Shown here: in pieces, positions 12,621-25,466 of the stretch
Layout of the letters: each line of letters opens with the position of its first letter
Numbering within the stretch: the stretch's first letter is position 1
Assembly (NCBI RefSeq): GCF_902713615.1
Contig: NC_052158.1
Coordinates: 34,947,990 to 35,011,989 of the forward strand
Length of the DNA stretch: 64,000 bases
From: Scyliorhinus canicula
Taxonomy: Eukaryota
Direction: 5' to 3'
Translations under genes and position numbers: made by a program
Notes under the pieces: generated by a model
What the model saw: only the letters and a program-made list of their open reading frames with translations
Told to the model about the DNA's origin: nothing
Database searches by the model: none

Positions 12621-13096
12621 AAATGCTTGATGGTCGCTCCCCCCCACCCCTCACTTTTCCACGATCATAGTTGGTCACCCTGAATCATAATGTTTGCAGG
12701 TGACACAAAGCTTGGTTGAATAATGGTGACTTCAGGAGGTCAGAATGGTGAGATGGATTGAGACATGGTTGGGTAGCCACGAGGGCTACACTCTCAGCCC
12801 AATCAGCTGAAGCTATTACCTCACCGGCTGCTGTGCCGTTTCCCGGTGTGTTCTGCAGTTCGATGCACGGTGCCCGCTAAATCTTTATTTTTGCGTGGGT
12901 TCTTATATTTAAGGTCAGGGCCCCAAATATTCTCCAGAACTGAACAATGATGTGATTCCATTACGGGCAGCATTCTGTTCCAAGGAAGTGAACCTCAGGT
13001 GGGCAGTGCTCGTCCCGGGAGGTTTAGGTTGAGAATGGGAAGAGAGGCATTTCTTCGGGGAGGCATGACACGGAAAGGCAGTGGACCGGGACCCGA

Positions 13097-14228
13097 CCCT
13101 TTAACCAACCCCCCCCCCCCCCTTAACCAACCCCCCCCCCTAACCAACCCCCCCTTAACCAACCCCCCCCCTTAACCAACCCCCCCCCCCTTAACCAACC
13201 CCCCCCCTTACCAACCCCCCCCCCTTAACCAACCCCCCCCCTTAACCAACCCCCCCCTTAACCAACCCCCCCCCTTAACCAACCCCCCCTTAACCAACCC
13301 CCCCCTTAACCAACCCACCCCCTCCCCTTAACCAACCCCCCCCTCCCCTTAACCAACCCCCCCCTCCCCTTAACCAACCCCCCCTCCCCTTAACCAACCC
13401 CCCCGTCCCCTTAACCACCCCCCCTTCCCCTTAACCAACCCCCCCCCTCCCCTTAAACCACCCCCCCTCCCCTTAACCAACCCCCCCCTCCCCTTAACCA
13501 ACCCCCCTCCCCTTAACCAACCCCCCCCTCCCCTTAACCACCCCCCCCCCCCTTAACCAACCCCCCCCTCCCCTTAACCAACCCCCCCTCCCCTTAACCA
13601 ACCCCCCCTCCCCTTAACCAACCCCCCCTCCCCTTAACCAACCCCCCCTCCCCTTAACCACCCCCCCCCTCCCCTTAACCAACCCCCCCCTCCCCTTAAC
13701 CAACCCCCCCCCCTCCCCTTAACCAACCCCCCCCCCCCCTTAACCAACCCCCCCTCCCCTTAACCAACCCCCCCCTCCCCTTAACCAACCCCCCCCTCCC
13801 CTTAACCAACCCCCCCCTCCCCTTAACCAACCCCCCCCTCCCCTTAACCAACCCCCCCCTCCCCTTAACCAACCCCCCCCCTTAACCAACCCCCCCCTCC
13901 CCTTAACCAACCCCCCCCCTCCCCTTAAACCAACCCCCCCCTCCCCTTAACCAACCCCCCCCTCCCCTTAACCAACCCCCCCCTCCCCTTAACCAACCCC
14001 CCCTCCCCTTAACCAACCCCCCCCTCCCCTTAACCAACCCCCCCTCCCCTTAACCAGCCCCCCTTCCCCTTAACCAACCCCCCCCCCTCCCCTTAACCAA
14101 CCCCCCCCTCCCCTTAACCAACCCCCCCCTCCCTTAACCAACCCCCCCTCCCCTTAACCAACCCCCCCTCCCCTTAACCAACCCCCCCCCTCCCCTTAAC
14201 CAACCCCCCCCCCCCCCCCCCCCCCCCC
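13097..14228. repeat. ~20-21-bp C-rich minisatellite, (CCCCTTAACCAACCCCCCT)n
   Basis: About 50 imperfect copies with variable C-runs. Confidence 0.95.
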
Positions 14229-14476
14229 AAAACAGGGGAGGAGCCGACAACCAGCTACCCACCCCCGGAAGTGACAATCCCCATCAGGTATTGCTGTTCA
14301 TCATATCCGGGTCACGCGGACTGCTCCACTGCCGTTTGTACGGCACTGTTTAATGTGTGGGAGTAAGAAATCATCCTTATTCATACAGGATATGGCGATT
14401 CAGGAATTGCATGAAACCCCAAAGTATTGCTTTGTCCTTTTTTTCAAATTTTGTGCAAATGCTGAGCAAGGACCAC

Positions 14477-14641
14477 GGGCTGGATTCTCCGCCCCGCCAG
14501 ATTTGTGGTTCAGCATGCCGGCCGGATGCTCCATTTCGCCGGCTGGTCAATGGGGTTACCCATCGTGGGGCAGCCCCACACCGTCGGGAAACCCCCGGGC
14601 TGCCGGCAAAACGAAGAATCCCGCCGGCGGAGAATCCGGGC
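14477..14641. mobile_element. MITE-like element abutting a SINE
   Basis: Perfect 12-bp inverted repeat GGATTCTCCGCC (14482-14493) / GGCGGAGAATCC (14626-14637). Confidence 0.65.
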
Positions 14642-17600
14642 AGCACAGTGGTTAGCACAGGTGCTCCACAGCTTCAGGGTCCCAGGTTTCATTCCCCGCT
14701 GGGTCACTGTCTGTGCGGAGTCTGCACGTTCTCCCAGTGTCTGCGTGGGCTTCCTCCGGGTGCTCCGGTTTCCTCCCACAGTCCAAAGATGTGCAGGTTA
14801 GGTGGATTGGCCATGATAAATTGCCCTTAGTGTCCAAAAAAGATTGGGTAGGTTCACTGGGTTACAGGGATAGAGTAGAGGTGTGGGCTTAGGTAGGGTG
14901 CTTTCCAAGGGCCGGCGCAGACTCAATGGGCCGAATGGCGTCCTTCTACACTGTAAATTCTATGATTCCAGCCCCATATATCGGGTGCACATCTGGTCCG
15001 GATCTTCCCAGAGAGGGGGTCCGGTACCTGTCCAATAAATAGGACAATTTGAAAACGAGTAAATGGGCAGAGAGACCCTGTGTCCAAAGGAGGAAAGGGG
15101 TCTTTCAGGGTCAAGTTGGAAAGGATGTTTCCTCATGTGGGAGAATCTAGAATTGGTGGTCAAAGGTTAAAAATAAGGGGTCGTCCAATTAAGATGGTGA
15201 TGAGAATTTCTTTCTCTCAGAGTCGTCAGTCTCTGGAACTCTTTTCCCTAAAAGACTGTGGAAGCAGAATCTTTGAATGTTTTTAAGGTAAAGCCAGATA
15301 GAAGGATGTGAAAGGTTATCAGGGGTCGGCAGGAATGTGGGTTGAGGTTACAATCAGATCAGCTATGATCTTATTGAATGGTGGAGCAGGCTTGAGGGGC
15401 TGAGTGGCCTCCATTATTCGTATGGAAGTTGACAACCTGGTTACAATAGTGTATTGGGCTCTTTGGGTTTATGAATAGAGGAATAGCATATGAAAGCAAA
15501 GGGAACATGCGCTAACTGTATAAATCACTGATTAGGCCTTAGCTGAAGGTTAATGGACAACTCTGGGCTTCACGAACGATGTAAAGGCCTTAGAAAGGTT
15601 CCGCAGACGGATCACACGGATGTTACCAGAGATGAGGGACTTCATCTATGAACAGGGCATGGAAAAGTTCAGACTCTTATCCTTGGAACAGAGGTTAAAA
15701 GGTGACCTAATAGAGGATTTCAAGATGCTGAGATGTTTTGACCTGCAACTATTCACTCTGGAGAGTATCAGAGGTGATAGATCTGAAATCTAGAAGAGAG
15801 AATTTTTTTCGCACTGAGATTTGTTAGGATCTGGAGTTCTTAACTCGTTGACAGGATGTGGGCTTCGTTGGCGAGACAAGCATTTGTTGCCAATCCCTAA
15901 TTGCCCTTGAAGATGGTACACACGGCTGCCACTGTGCGCCGGTGGTGGAGGGAGTGAATATTTGTGGAAGGGGTAGCAATCACACGCGCTGCTTTGTCCT
16001 GGATGGTGTCGAGCTTCCTGAGTATTGGAGCTGTACTCATCCAGGTAAGTGGGGAGTATTCCATCACACACCTGACTTGTTCTGGTAGATGGTGGACAGG
16101 CTTCAGGGCTTCAGGTGAGTTACTCGTCGCAGGATTCCCAGCCTCTGACTTGCTTGGTAGCCACAGAATTTATATGGCTGGTCCAGTCCAGTTTTCGAAG
16201 CTCTGAAAACGTATTGTTGGGGTGATGTCAGAAATAATTTCAGGAGGGACTTGGCCAGGCAGTTGGGAAAGAGGACCATTGGGGTTATGGAGCAAAATCA
16301 GGGGGCTGGCGGACTAAACACGGCTAGGGTAGGCCTGCCATCTCTGCTGCGGATTTCCACAATCCCACAAACTGCTGCTTTGGTTTGGAAGGGAACACCC
16401 TCTGGATCCTAAACAGAGCAGCAGAGCCCCCTCCCAGCCATTCTCCTCAGTGGGTCGTGGAAATCCACTCAAGGTGGCACCACTCTGAACCAGGCAGCCA
16501 TTTCTCATGCTCCAAGTGCAGACAGCAGCAAGCTTTGGCAAGGCTCAGTACTAGGGCCCATTGGAGCTCCATTCCTCCAGCACACAGCTGGGTGGAAGTG
16601 CAGAGACTGAGGCGCGGTGGTCCCCAGGTCTGACCAAGGGAAGGGTGAAGGTGGGTCCTTCAGGATGTCCTGAGCGAGAGCGAGATGGAGAATTTACTTC
16701 CTCCTGTTATTGCCTTCTCCCCCTCACCCTTTGAGGCAGTTAACAACAGGGGCATTTTGCTCTTTCATTTGTACATCTGTTTTTTATTGTGCCTTTCTAA
16801 CATTTCCTTTGAATTTTACTTCAGCGCTCTTGAAAGTTGAATGCATTCTGTTTCTAAATAAATCTTCCCATTCTCGTTCGTTAAGATTTTATTAGTATAG
16901 TTCGCAGTAACATATGGGGGCAAGCAACCAATGAAGTGATATGTACAAACTAGCACATTCCATTTGAGGTCAAAGTTAACAGAAGAATGAAAATGCATTT
17001 TCTTTGATTTTTGTTTTTAAATGACCGCTGTTTAAGCTTTGCCACTTGGAGAGGAGCGAGCTCGAATTGGAGCTGACCAGGTGAAGATACGGCCTACAAA
17101 GGCTTGATTTGACAGCCCGGCCTTGATGCGTGGCTGCCTCCTGCACAGACTCAACCGGTCTCAGCTCCGGTCTCCCGCTTCATTTTAGAGCACAATTGTG
17201 TAGGACTCATGATTGGATAATCCTGGCCACTCTCTCTCTCTGGTCTGCCCACCCCCACCTGAAGCAGCCCCTTCAGCAGGCTGACTGCTTATCTCGCACG
17301 ACCTGCCCGCCGCGGTCCCTTTGAATTCCACCTTCCGCCCCAAAACCGTAAAACTCTCACCCGCCGTTTCCCAATCCCACCATGGCCTCGGCCCCTTTAT
17401 CTCATAGCCTCCTGCAGTCATGCAACCCTCTGAGATACTGCGCCCTGCAATTCTTTTTAAAATAAATTTAGAGTACCCAATTCATTTTTTCCAATTAAGG
17501 GGCAATTTAGCGTGGCCAATCCACCTACCCTGCACATCTTTGGGTTGTGGGGACGGAACCCACGCAAACATGGGGAGAACCTGCAAACTCCACACGGACA

Positions 17601-18626
17601 GTGACCCAGGGCCGGGATTGAAACTGGGACCTCGGCACTGTGAGGCAGCAGTGCTAACCACTGCACCACCCTGCTGCCCCGTGCTAAAGAATTATGAGTC
17701 GATAGATTCAAACTACTTGGACATTCGGGCAAGTGGAATCACTTCCTGTTTGGGTTGCTCTTCACGACTGTCCTTCAAAACTGCGTTGGGTGCCAGCAAT
17801 TGCTCAAAGCGCCTTTGGGAAGCCATAGCTATGTGGTTAGAGATCCAGTGAGCTCCACTGCTGCGTCACAGCTGTCATCTGCCCTTCTCAACGAGGCATC
17901 TCGTCACCTGCCGGACTCTGTCAGCCTGCTTCGTCCCCTTCACTAAACGGGCGCAGGTATCCCCCATCCCCAACTCCAATTCAGGCCTGGAAATTTAGGC
18001 CTCCCTCGCTCTCTTCCCCTCTTGTTTTCTTTCCCTCCCTCCACTCCGAGGACTCGTCTGGCCGAATAATTGCCTTACTGTGCCACTGTGACTTTGGCCG
18101 CAGAAGGAATAGTGAGAGAGTGTGTCATTAAATACTCCCGTAAATACGGAAAAGGTGAGGCAGGATCCCCAAGCGTTGCCGCAAGACTACATTGTGAACA
18201 ATTTTGTCAGTTAACTGTTCCTCTGATGCACAGGCTCAGTTACACGAACGAATGAGCTGAAAGCTTGTAAGCTGCTTAAACGATCGCTGCCCACCCACAG
18301 GACGTTGGGAATGTACATGGGCGCAGGTTCGGTGCCCAGTTTGGCATCTCTCCTAGGATGGGCGCAAGACGCGGAAGAATGCCACCATTTGGTTGTTTCA
18401 ATCCCAGGGCAGGGCCAAGACTGACTTTGCGCGCCGTGGGTTTTTAAGTCTGCGTGGAAGTCGGGGTAAAAGGCAGCCCCCCCCGACTCGTGTCTGTCAT
18501 CTTTTGTTTCAGCGCCAGTGGGCAGAAGCTAGGAAACTCTTTAGGCCAATGGGCTTATCACAAAATGTCAAATTCAACGGCGAATGGGGGGGGGTGGAGA
18601 GGGGTGGGTGAGTTTACAGACTCAAC

Positions 18627-20011
18627 CTAGCAGGCGTAATAGGACCAGCAGGACCACGACAAACCAGCGACGCCCAGCGTGACGGCGGAAAGCTCAGCAT
18701 CACCCACCAAGGCACACCACACGCCACTGTAGCCCAGCAGGCCAGCCATGATTGACCGGTTACCCAGATGGCCCATCAAGGACAAGCAGAGTCCCATCAG
18801 GCCCAGCCCGACCCAGCAGACACCAGCCAGCTGGTGAAAGCTCAGCAGGAGAAGACACAATCCAACGTAGCCCTTGACTCCGCCACACCACCAGCAGACC
18901 TCGGCCACGTTGGCGTAGCCCAGCAGGGACAGGCAGAGACCAGCGTGTGCCAGGAGGCCGCAGCAGACCCACCAGACCCAGACCTCGTAATCCGACAGCC
19001 AGACCAGCCCGGCGAGGGCCCCCAGGTTGGGCACCACCCAGAACGGCCACGGGCGACCGCTCGAGGCCAGGAGCAGCCCGACCAGGCTCAGCCCCAGCAA
19101 GCAGGCACCCAGCAGCCGGGCATAAGCCAGCAGCAGGCAGCTCAAGCCGGCGTAGCCCAGAAGGCCGCTGGACAGCCAGGAAACACCCGCCAGGCTCCGC
19201 TTGCCCAGCAAAGCCCAAAGCCAGCCGGCAGACCCCAGCATGCCACAGCACACCAGGTACATCTCGGCGAAATTAGCACTCCCCGGCGAGGCGACGCCCA
19301 GCAAGACCAATACACCGAAGCAGAGCCAGGCTCTTTTCCACATGCTCCAGTCCCAATGGAAGCTGTTGGCACTCGCCAGGGGGACAGAGCTTGTCGCGTC
19401 CTCCCTCTCACAAGCCAAGCATGGGCTTATTTGCTCCTCCTCCTCCTCCTCCTCGGTGATGGGGTTTGAGACGGTCGAGTGACACAGCTGAAGAGGCTCG
19501 GCATTCCTGCCCCCCTGGTTCAGTCCTGGACTGAAGAAAGGGTAGAGTTTCTGGGTGAAGGTGCCTCTGAAAGTGTGGAGGTGGGACATGGCATCGGCAT
19601 TGTAAAAGGACACTTGCCCTCCCTCACAGTCCAGGTAGACGCCAATCACCCGGGGCTTGACATCTAATTGGAGATTGCTCATTGTCAACGTGAAGGCCGT
19701 GTACTTACTCCCGTTCCTCAGCCCCATAACCCAGTACCCATTGGGAGGCGTCAGGAGGATTTCCCCTTTCCTGCTGACTGACTCCCCGGCCACGCCCAGG
19801 GTCCAGCTGCTCTTGCGGCCCACATTCACCTCCCAGTAGTGCCTCCCTGACGTGAATGCCACCGAGGCGAGGACGCAGGGGCAGACGTCAAATCTCTGCG
19901 GGTCGTCGGGTAAGGGCCGTTTCTGATTCCCCTGCGCCACGCTGGTCAGGTCCTCGGACAGAACGAGCCAGGGACTGGCTGTGACGGGGTCCAGGGTCAG
20001 CGAGGCCGGTC
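18627..20011 (-). CDS. TRIM gene exon 6 (last): PRY/SPRY (B30.2), acidic linker and multi-hydrophobic tail
   Basis: CTGTTACAG acceptor in phase 1; PRY/SPRY motifs LTLDP, FTSGRHYWEV, IGVYLD.EGG.VSFYN and LYPFF; 1385 nt open to TAG at 18627. Confidence 0.93.
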
Positions 20012-20064
20012 CTGTAACAGAAACAGATTGAGGGTAAGTTAGATGCAAGGATTTGCGGATACCT

Positions 20065-20575
20065 CAGAACGCAAGCAATAAGAGCAGGGAGTCAACACCT
20101 CAGCTCGTCAGATCTGCTCTACCATTCAATGAGATCATGGCTGATCTGATATAATCCTCAACTCCACTTTCCCCTTATCCCCATAATCCTTGATTCCCTC
20201 ACTGATTAAAAATCTGTCTATCTCAGCCTTGAACATACTTAATGACGCAGCCTCCACAGCTCTCTGCGGTACACCACAGGTTCACTAACCTCCGAGAGAG
20301 GAAAATCCTCCTCATCCCAGTCTTACGTGGGCGACATCCTACTCTGAGATTGTGCCCTTTGGTCCTCGACTCTCCCACAAGGGGGAAAATACTCAGCACG
20401 TATCCTGTCAACCCTCCTGAGAATCCTATATGTCCCAATCAGGTTGCCTCTCATTATTCTAAACTCCAATGAGTACAGGCCTAACTGATTCAACCTCGCC
20501 GCATAAGAAAATCCCATCATACCCGGGATCAGCCGAGTGAACCTTCCCTGGACCGCCTCCAATGCCAGTATATAT
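20065..20575 (-). mobile_element. CR1 LINE 3' fragment
   Basis: Degenerate ORF ...AVQGRFTRLIPG...LGLYSLEFR..RGNLIGTYRIL..., typical of the CR1 ORF2 C-terminus. Confidence 0.8.
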
Positions 20576-22506
20576 TTTGTTGTGGTCCAACCAGTCCCCT
20601 GTAATGTCTTTTCGGGAAGGAAATCTGCCGGCCTGACCTGGCCTGGCCTACATGTAACTCCAGAAATATAGTTGACTTTTAACTGCCCCTCTCTGCAATG
20701 GCCTTAGCAATCCACTCAGTTCAAGGGCAATTAGGGATGGGCAACAAATGCTGGATCCAGCCAGCGACACCCACATCCCGTGAATAACATTTTTACAAAT
20801 GTACTCAACGATGGAGCGTCGACAAGCCTTTAGGGTAAGGATTTCAAAGATTCACAACTCTTTGGAACCGAGGGACACTTATTTCCTGTCTACTTTCCTA
20901 ACTCTACATTGAATATATTCAGTGACACATTGCTCCCTAGACAAGAGACTTTTACAGACAAAACCCCTCTCGGGAAAAATAATTCTCCTCAGCCCAGCCT
21001 TAAAATGGAGACCTCTTATTCTTAAACCACGTCCCCTAGTTCCGGTTTCCCTTACAAGTGGAAAGGGGAGGGCAATGGTGTAGTGTTATTGTCGCTGGAC
21101 TAATAATCCAGAGCCCCCAGTGTGTTGTTCCCTGTTTTGCATTAACAGGATGGCTTGGATGCGTTGTGTTGAACAAAGAACAACAAGCTTTGTGAATGAA
21201 CAAATCTATGAATTTTATTTACACTACTTACTATAATTCGTTCACATTCCTGGAGTAGAAGGTTTCTATATTGAACTATGCTATCTCTAACTGCAGAACT
21301 CTCAAGCACACAACTGCTCTCTCTCATGCCTCACTATCTTCTTCATCATCATCATCTGACCCACAAGGCTTAGCCCCTTCCCTTATATACTTATGGGACT
21401 AGCTCCCTCTAGTGGATGTCTGTATACATTTCATTAACTCTTGCATTGCCTTCATTCAGGGTGATGCTCTTGGACCCAGGTGCGAATCCCACCACAGCAG
21501 ATGGTGAAATTTGAATTGAATAAAAATCTGGAATTAAAAGTCTAATGACAACCGTGAAAGCATCGTCATGTGTTTTTTAAAATGTTTCCAACTAGCGTGG
21601 CCAATCTACCAACCCTGGGCATCTTTGGGTTGTTGGGGGTGAGACCCAGGCAGACATGGGAGAAGGTGCAAACTCCACACGGACAGTGACCCGGAGCGGG
21701 GATCGAAGTCGGGTCCTCAACTCGTGAGGCAGCTGTGCTAACCACTGTGCCACCATGCCGCCCTGAAACCATTGTCAATTGTCGTAAAGACCCACTGATG
21801 CCTTACAGTGCCAAGGACCCAGGTTCAATTCTGACCTCAGGTTCCTGTCTGTGTGGCGTTTGCACATTCTCCCCGTGTCTGCGTGGGTTTCATAGAACAT
21901 AGAACATTACAGCGCCGTACGGGCCCTTCGGCCCTCGATGTTGCGCCGACCCGTGAAACCATCTGAAGCCTATCTGACACTATTCCATTTATAGAACCTC
22001 CTGGTGCTCCAGTTTCCTCCCACAGTCCAAAGATGTGCAGGTCAGGAAGGGTTACAGGGATAAGTCAGGGGAGTGAGCCTAGGTGGGGTGCTCTTTCAGG
22101 GGGTCGGCGCAGACTTGATGTACCAAGCAGCCTCCTTCTCACTGTAGAAATTCTATGGTTCTAATGTCCACTAGGGAAAGAACCCTGTTACCCGGGCTGG
22201 CCTACAGACCCACAGCAATGTGGTTGACTCTTAAATGCCCTCAGGGATGGACACTGAGTGGTGGCCCAGTCAGTGAGCCCCACATCTTATGAACAAATAA
22301 AAATTAATAAATTCTCCCGGTATCCACCCTATTGAGCCCCAATAAGATCACCTCTTATTCTTCGCATGGGTATAGGTGCAACCTGCTCAACCATTCTTCA
22401 CAGGACAAGCCCTTTGAGGGTCTCCTTATCTCAGTCCTAAATGATCAACCCCCTTACCTGAGACTGTGGAGACTTCCACATTTTTGTCAAAATTTCAAAT
22501 AACTCA

Positions 22507-25208
22507 AGGCAATCTTTGGACCAGTTGATAAGGCAATCTTTGGACCAGTTGATGAGGCAATCTTTGGACCAGTTGAGGTTTCCAAAGGTGGAAGTGGACC
22601 TGGTGGAGGGGCGGGGGCCCCGATTGAATTGGAGGAGATTGTGAAGGGTATAGAGGGCATGCAATCGGGTAAAGCCCTGGGGCCGGACGGTTACCAGGTA
22701 GAATTCTATAAGAAATTTTCGGAAATATTGAGCCCACTCCTGATGAGGACCTTCAATGAGGCTAGAGAGAAAGGAACCCTCTCCCCAACAATGTCACAGG
22801 CTTTGATCTCACTCATTCTTAAACGAGGGAAGGACCCGGAACATTGCGGGTCATACAGGCCGATTTCCCTTTTAAACGTGGATGCCAAATTGCTAGCTAA
22901 GATTCTGGCCACAAGAATTGAGGATTGTGTCCCAGGGGTGATAGAGGAAGACCAGACTGGGTTTGCGAAAGGCAGACAATTCAATGCCAATGTCCGGAGA
23001 CTTTTGAATATTATGATGCCCTCAGAGGGAGGGGAGGCAGAGGTGGTAACACTGATGGACGCAGAGAAAGCCTTTGACCAGGTGGAGTGTGAGTACCTCT
23101 GGGAAACGCTGGGGAGGTTCGGGTTTGGTGAGGGCTTTATTGGCTGGGTGAAATTGCTGTACCAGGCGCCTGTAGCAAGTGTATGTACAAACAGGCTGAG
23201 GTCGGGGTACTTCATGCTTCACTGGGGAATGAGTCAGGGGTGTCCCCTCTCTCCGTTAGAAGTGCTGCTCCCTAGAAATAGAACCACTAGCTATGGCACT
23301 GAGAGCCTTGAGGAACTGGCGGGGACTGGTCCGGGGGTGGGGGGGGGGGGGGGGGGGGGGGGGGAACATCGGGTCTCGCTGTACGCGGATGATTTGCTCC
23401 TGTTCATTTCGGACCCGGTGGAGGGGATGGAGAAGGTTCTGCGAATCCTGAGGGATTTTGGTAGTTTTTCAGGGTACAAACTGAACATGGGAAAGAGCGA
23501 GTTGTTTGTGATCCAGGCCAAGGGCCAGGAGAAGAGACTGAAACAGCTGCCGCTCAGGATGGTAGAGAAAAGTTTTCGTTACCTGGGTATACAGGTGGCC
23601 AGGAAATGGGATGCCCTGCACAGGCTCAACCTGACCTAGTTGGTGGACCAAATGGAAGGGGACTTTAAAAGATGGGATATGCTCCCTCTGTCACTGGCAG
23701 AGAGGGTGCAGACCGTGAAAATGACTGTCCTCCCCAGATTTTTGTTTGTCTTTTAGTGCCTCCCCATTTTCATCCTTCAGGCCTTTTTTAAGCGGGTGAG
23801 TAGGATCATTACGGGCTTTGTGTGGGCGAATAAGACCCCGCGAGTAAGGACATCGCTGTTGGAGCGCAGTCGTAGGGGGGGTGGTTGGCGCTGCCGAACT
23901 TTCACAACTACGTGGGAGCAGCTGGAGGCGGCGTCTTGCAAAGGTACTAGGCTGGGAGCTTTGATAACAGCTCCTTTGCTGTTCTCGCTGACCCACTACT
24001 CCGCAGGTCCGGTGGTGGTGGCGACACTGCGGATCTGGGGACAGTAGAGGAGGTACAAGAGGGTGGAGGGAGTCGGTCTGGACCCCGATATGCAACAATC
24101 ACAGGTTTGTCCCGGTTAAGATGGATAGTGGGTTCCAGAGCTGGCAGAGGGCAGACATCAGAAGGATGGGGGATCTGTTCATAGACGGAAGCTTTCCCAG
24201 TTTGAAGATGCTAGAGGGCAAATTTAATCTGCCGCCAGGAAACGTTTTTAAATATCTGCAAGTACGAGCCTTCCTGAAAAAACAGCTAGCGGCCTTTCCG
24301 ACGCTGCCACCACTGAGGATACAGGACAGGGTGGTCACCGGCACCTGGGTGGGGGAGGGGAGGGTATCGCATATCTACCAGCAACCACAGGAGGCGGAGG
24401 AAACCCCGGTGGAGGAGCTCAAGGGCAAGTGGGAGGAGGAGCTAGGTGAGGAGTTGGAAGCGGGTCTGTGGGCAGAGGTCCTGGGCAGGGTTAATTCCTC
24501 CTCATCATGTGCCAGGCTCAGTCTAATTCAATTTAAGGTGGTGCACCGGGCAGCGAGAATGAGCAAGTCTTTTGGGGTAGAAGACAGTTGTATGAGGTGC
24601 AAGGGCAGCCCAGCAAACCATGTCCACATGTTTTGGGCTCGCCCGGAGCTCATAGACTTCTGGCAAGGGTTCGCGAGGGCAATGTCCAAGGTGCTTAACA
24701 CACGGGTGGTGCCGAGTCCAGAGATAGCGATCTTTGGAGTGTCAGAAGACCCGGGAGTCCAGGGGGCGAAAGAGGCCAACGTCTTGGCCTTTGCGTAGCC
24801 CGGAGACGGATTTTATTAATGTGGAGGGACCCCAAGCCCCCCCGAGTGTAGAGACTTGGTTTCCGACATGGCTGGGTTTCTCAGCCTCGAGAAAATAAAG
24901 TTTGCTTTAAGAGGGTCTATGCTAGGGTTCTCCCGGAGGTGGCAGCCGTTCGTCTACTTTCTCAGGGAAAATTAAAATGTCAGCAGCAGCAGCAATCCAT
25001 GGGGGGGGGGGTGGGGAGGGGGTGAGTGCTTCATTGGGATGGTGTGGGACGACTGGGTCGCATGGGGGTAATGTCTATTTAATTGTTATTGTATATTCTC
25101 TTTTTGCACTATGTTAATGTTCACTCTAGTTTGTTTTGTTATTAAGGTTACTACTGTTTTATTATGAAAAGTTCTTCAAAACCTTAATAAAAATATTTTA
25201 AAAAAAAG
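22507..25208 (+). mobile_element. 5'-truncated, decayed L1-clade LINE in TRIM intron 5, antisense to the gene
   Basis: RT (YADD) and C-terminal fragments homologous to ORF2 at 49107-52901; A-rich tail; 16-bp TSD AATTTCAAATAACTCA at 22491-22506 and 25209-25224. Confidence 0.92.
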
Positions 25209-25225
25209 AATTTCAAATAACTCAC

Positions 25226-25341
25226 CTGGTTTGATGAGAGCCCTTAATTCCTTCCACACGCTGTACTGCACAGGACCTTTCAACACCTCCAAGGGGGGAT
25301 CGTCAGATATATCCTTCAGTGCCTTAAAGTCTCCTGGAGTC
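25226..25341 (-). CDS. TRIM exon 5 (116 nt)
   Basis: ACACAG acceptor and GTGAGT donor, phase 2 to 1; encodes ...LKGPVQYSVWKELRALIKP, the usual pre-PRY linker. Confidence 0.88.
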
Positions 25342-25443
25342 CTGTGTACATGAAAATTTGTCAACATCTCTGGGATGAAACATCAAACGCAATAATTAAT
25401 CTCTTTGGGTGTTTCTTTTCTTTCCATGAATTAAAACACATAC

Positions 25444-25466
25444 CTCTGCTTTAGAAGGTTCAATCC
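25444..25466 (-). CDS. TRIM exon 4 (23-nt micro-exon, GLNLLKQR)
   Basis: Long pyrimidine tract and AG, GTATGT donor, phase 0 to 2; this size is typical of B30.2 TRIMs. Confidence 0.85.

Noticed and set aside
18768-19469. 233-aa Gln/Pro-rich plus-strand ORF and other overlapping ORFs
   Set aside because: Antisense shadow of the Leu/Gly codons of the TRIM tail; no splice or start context.
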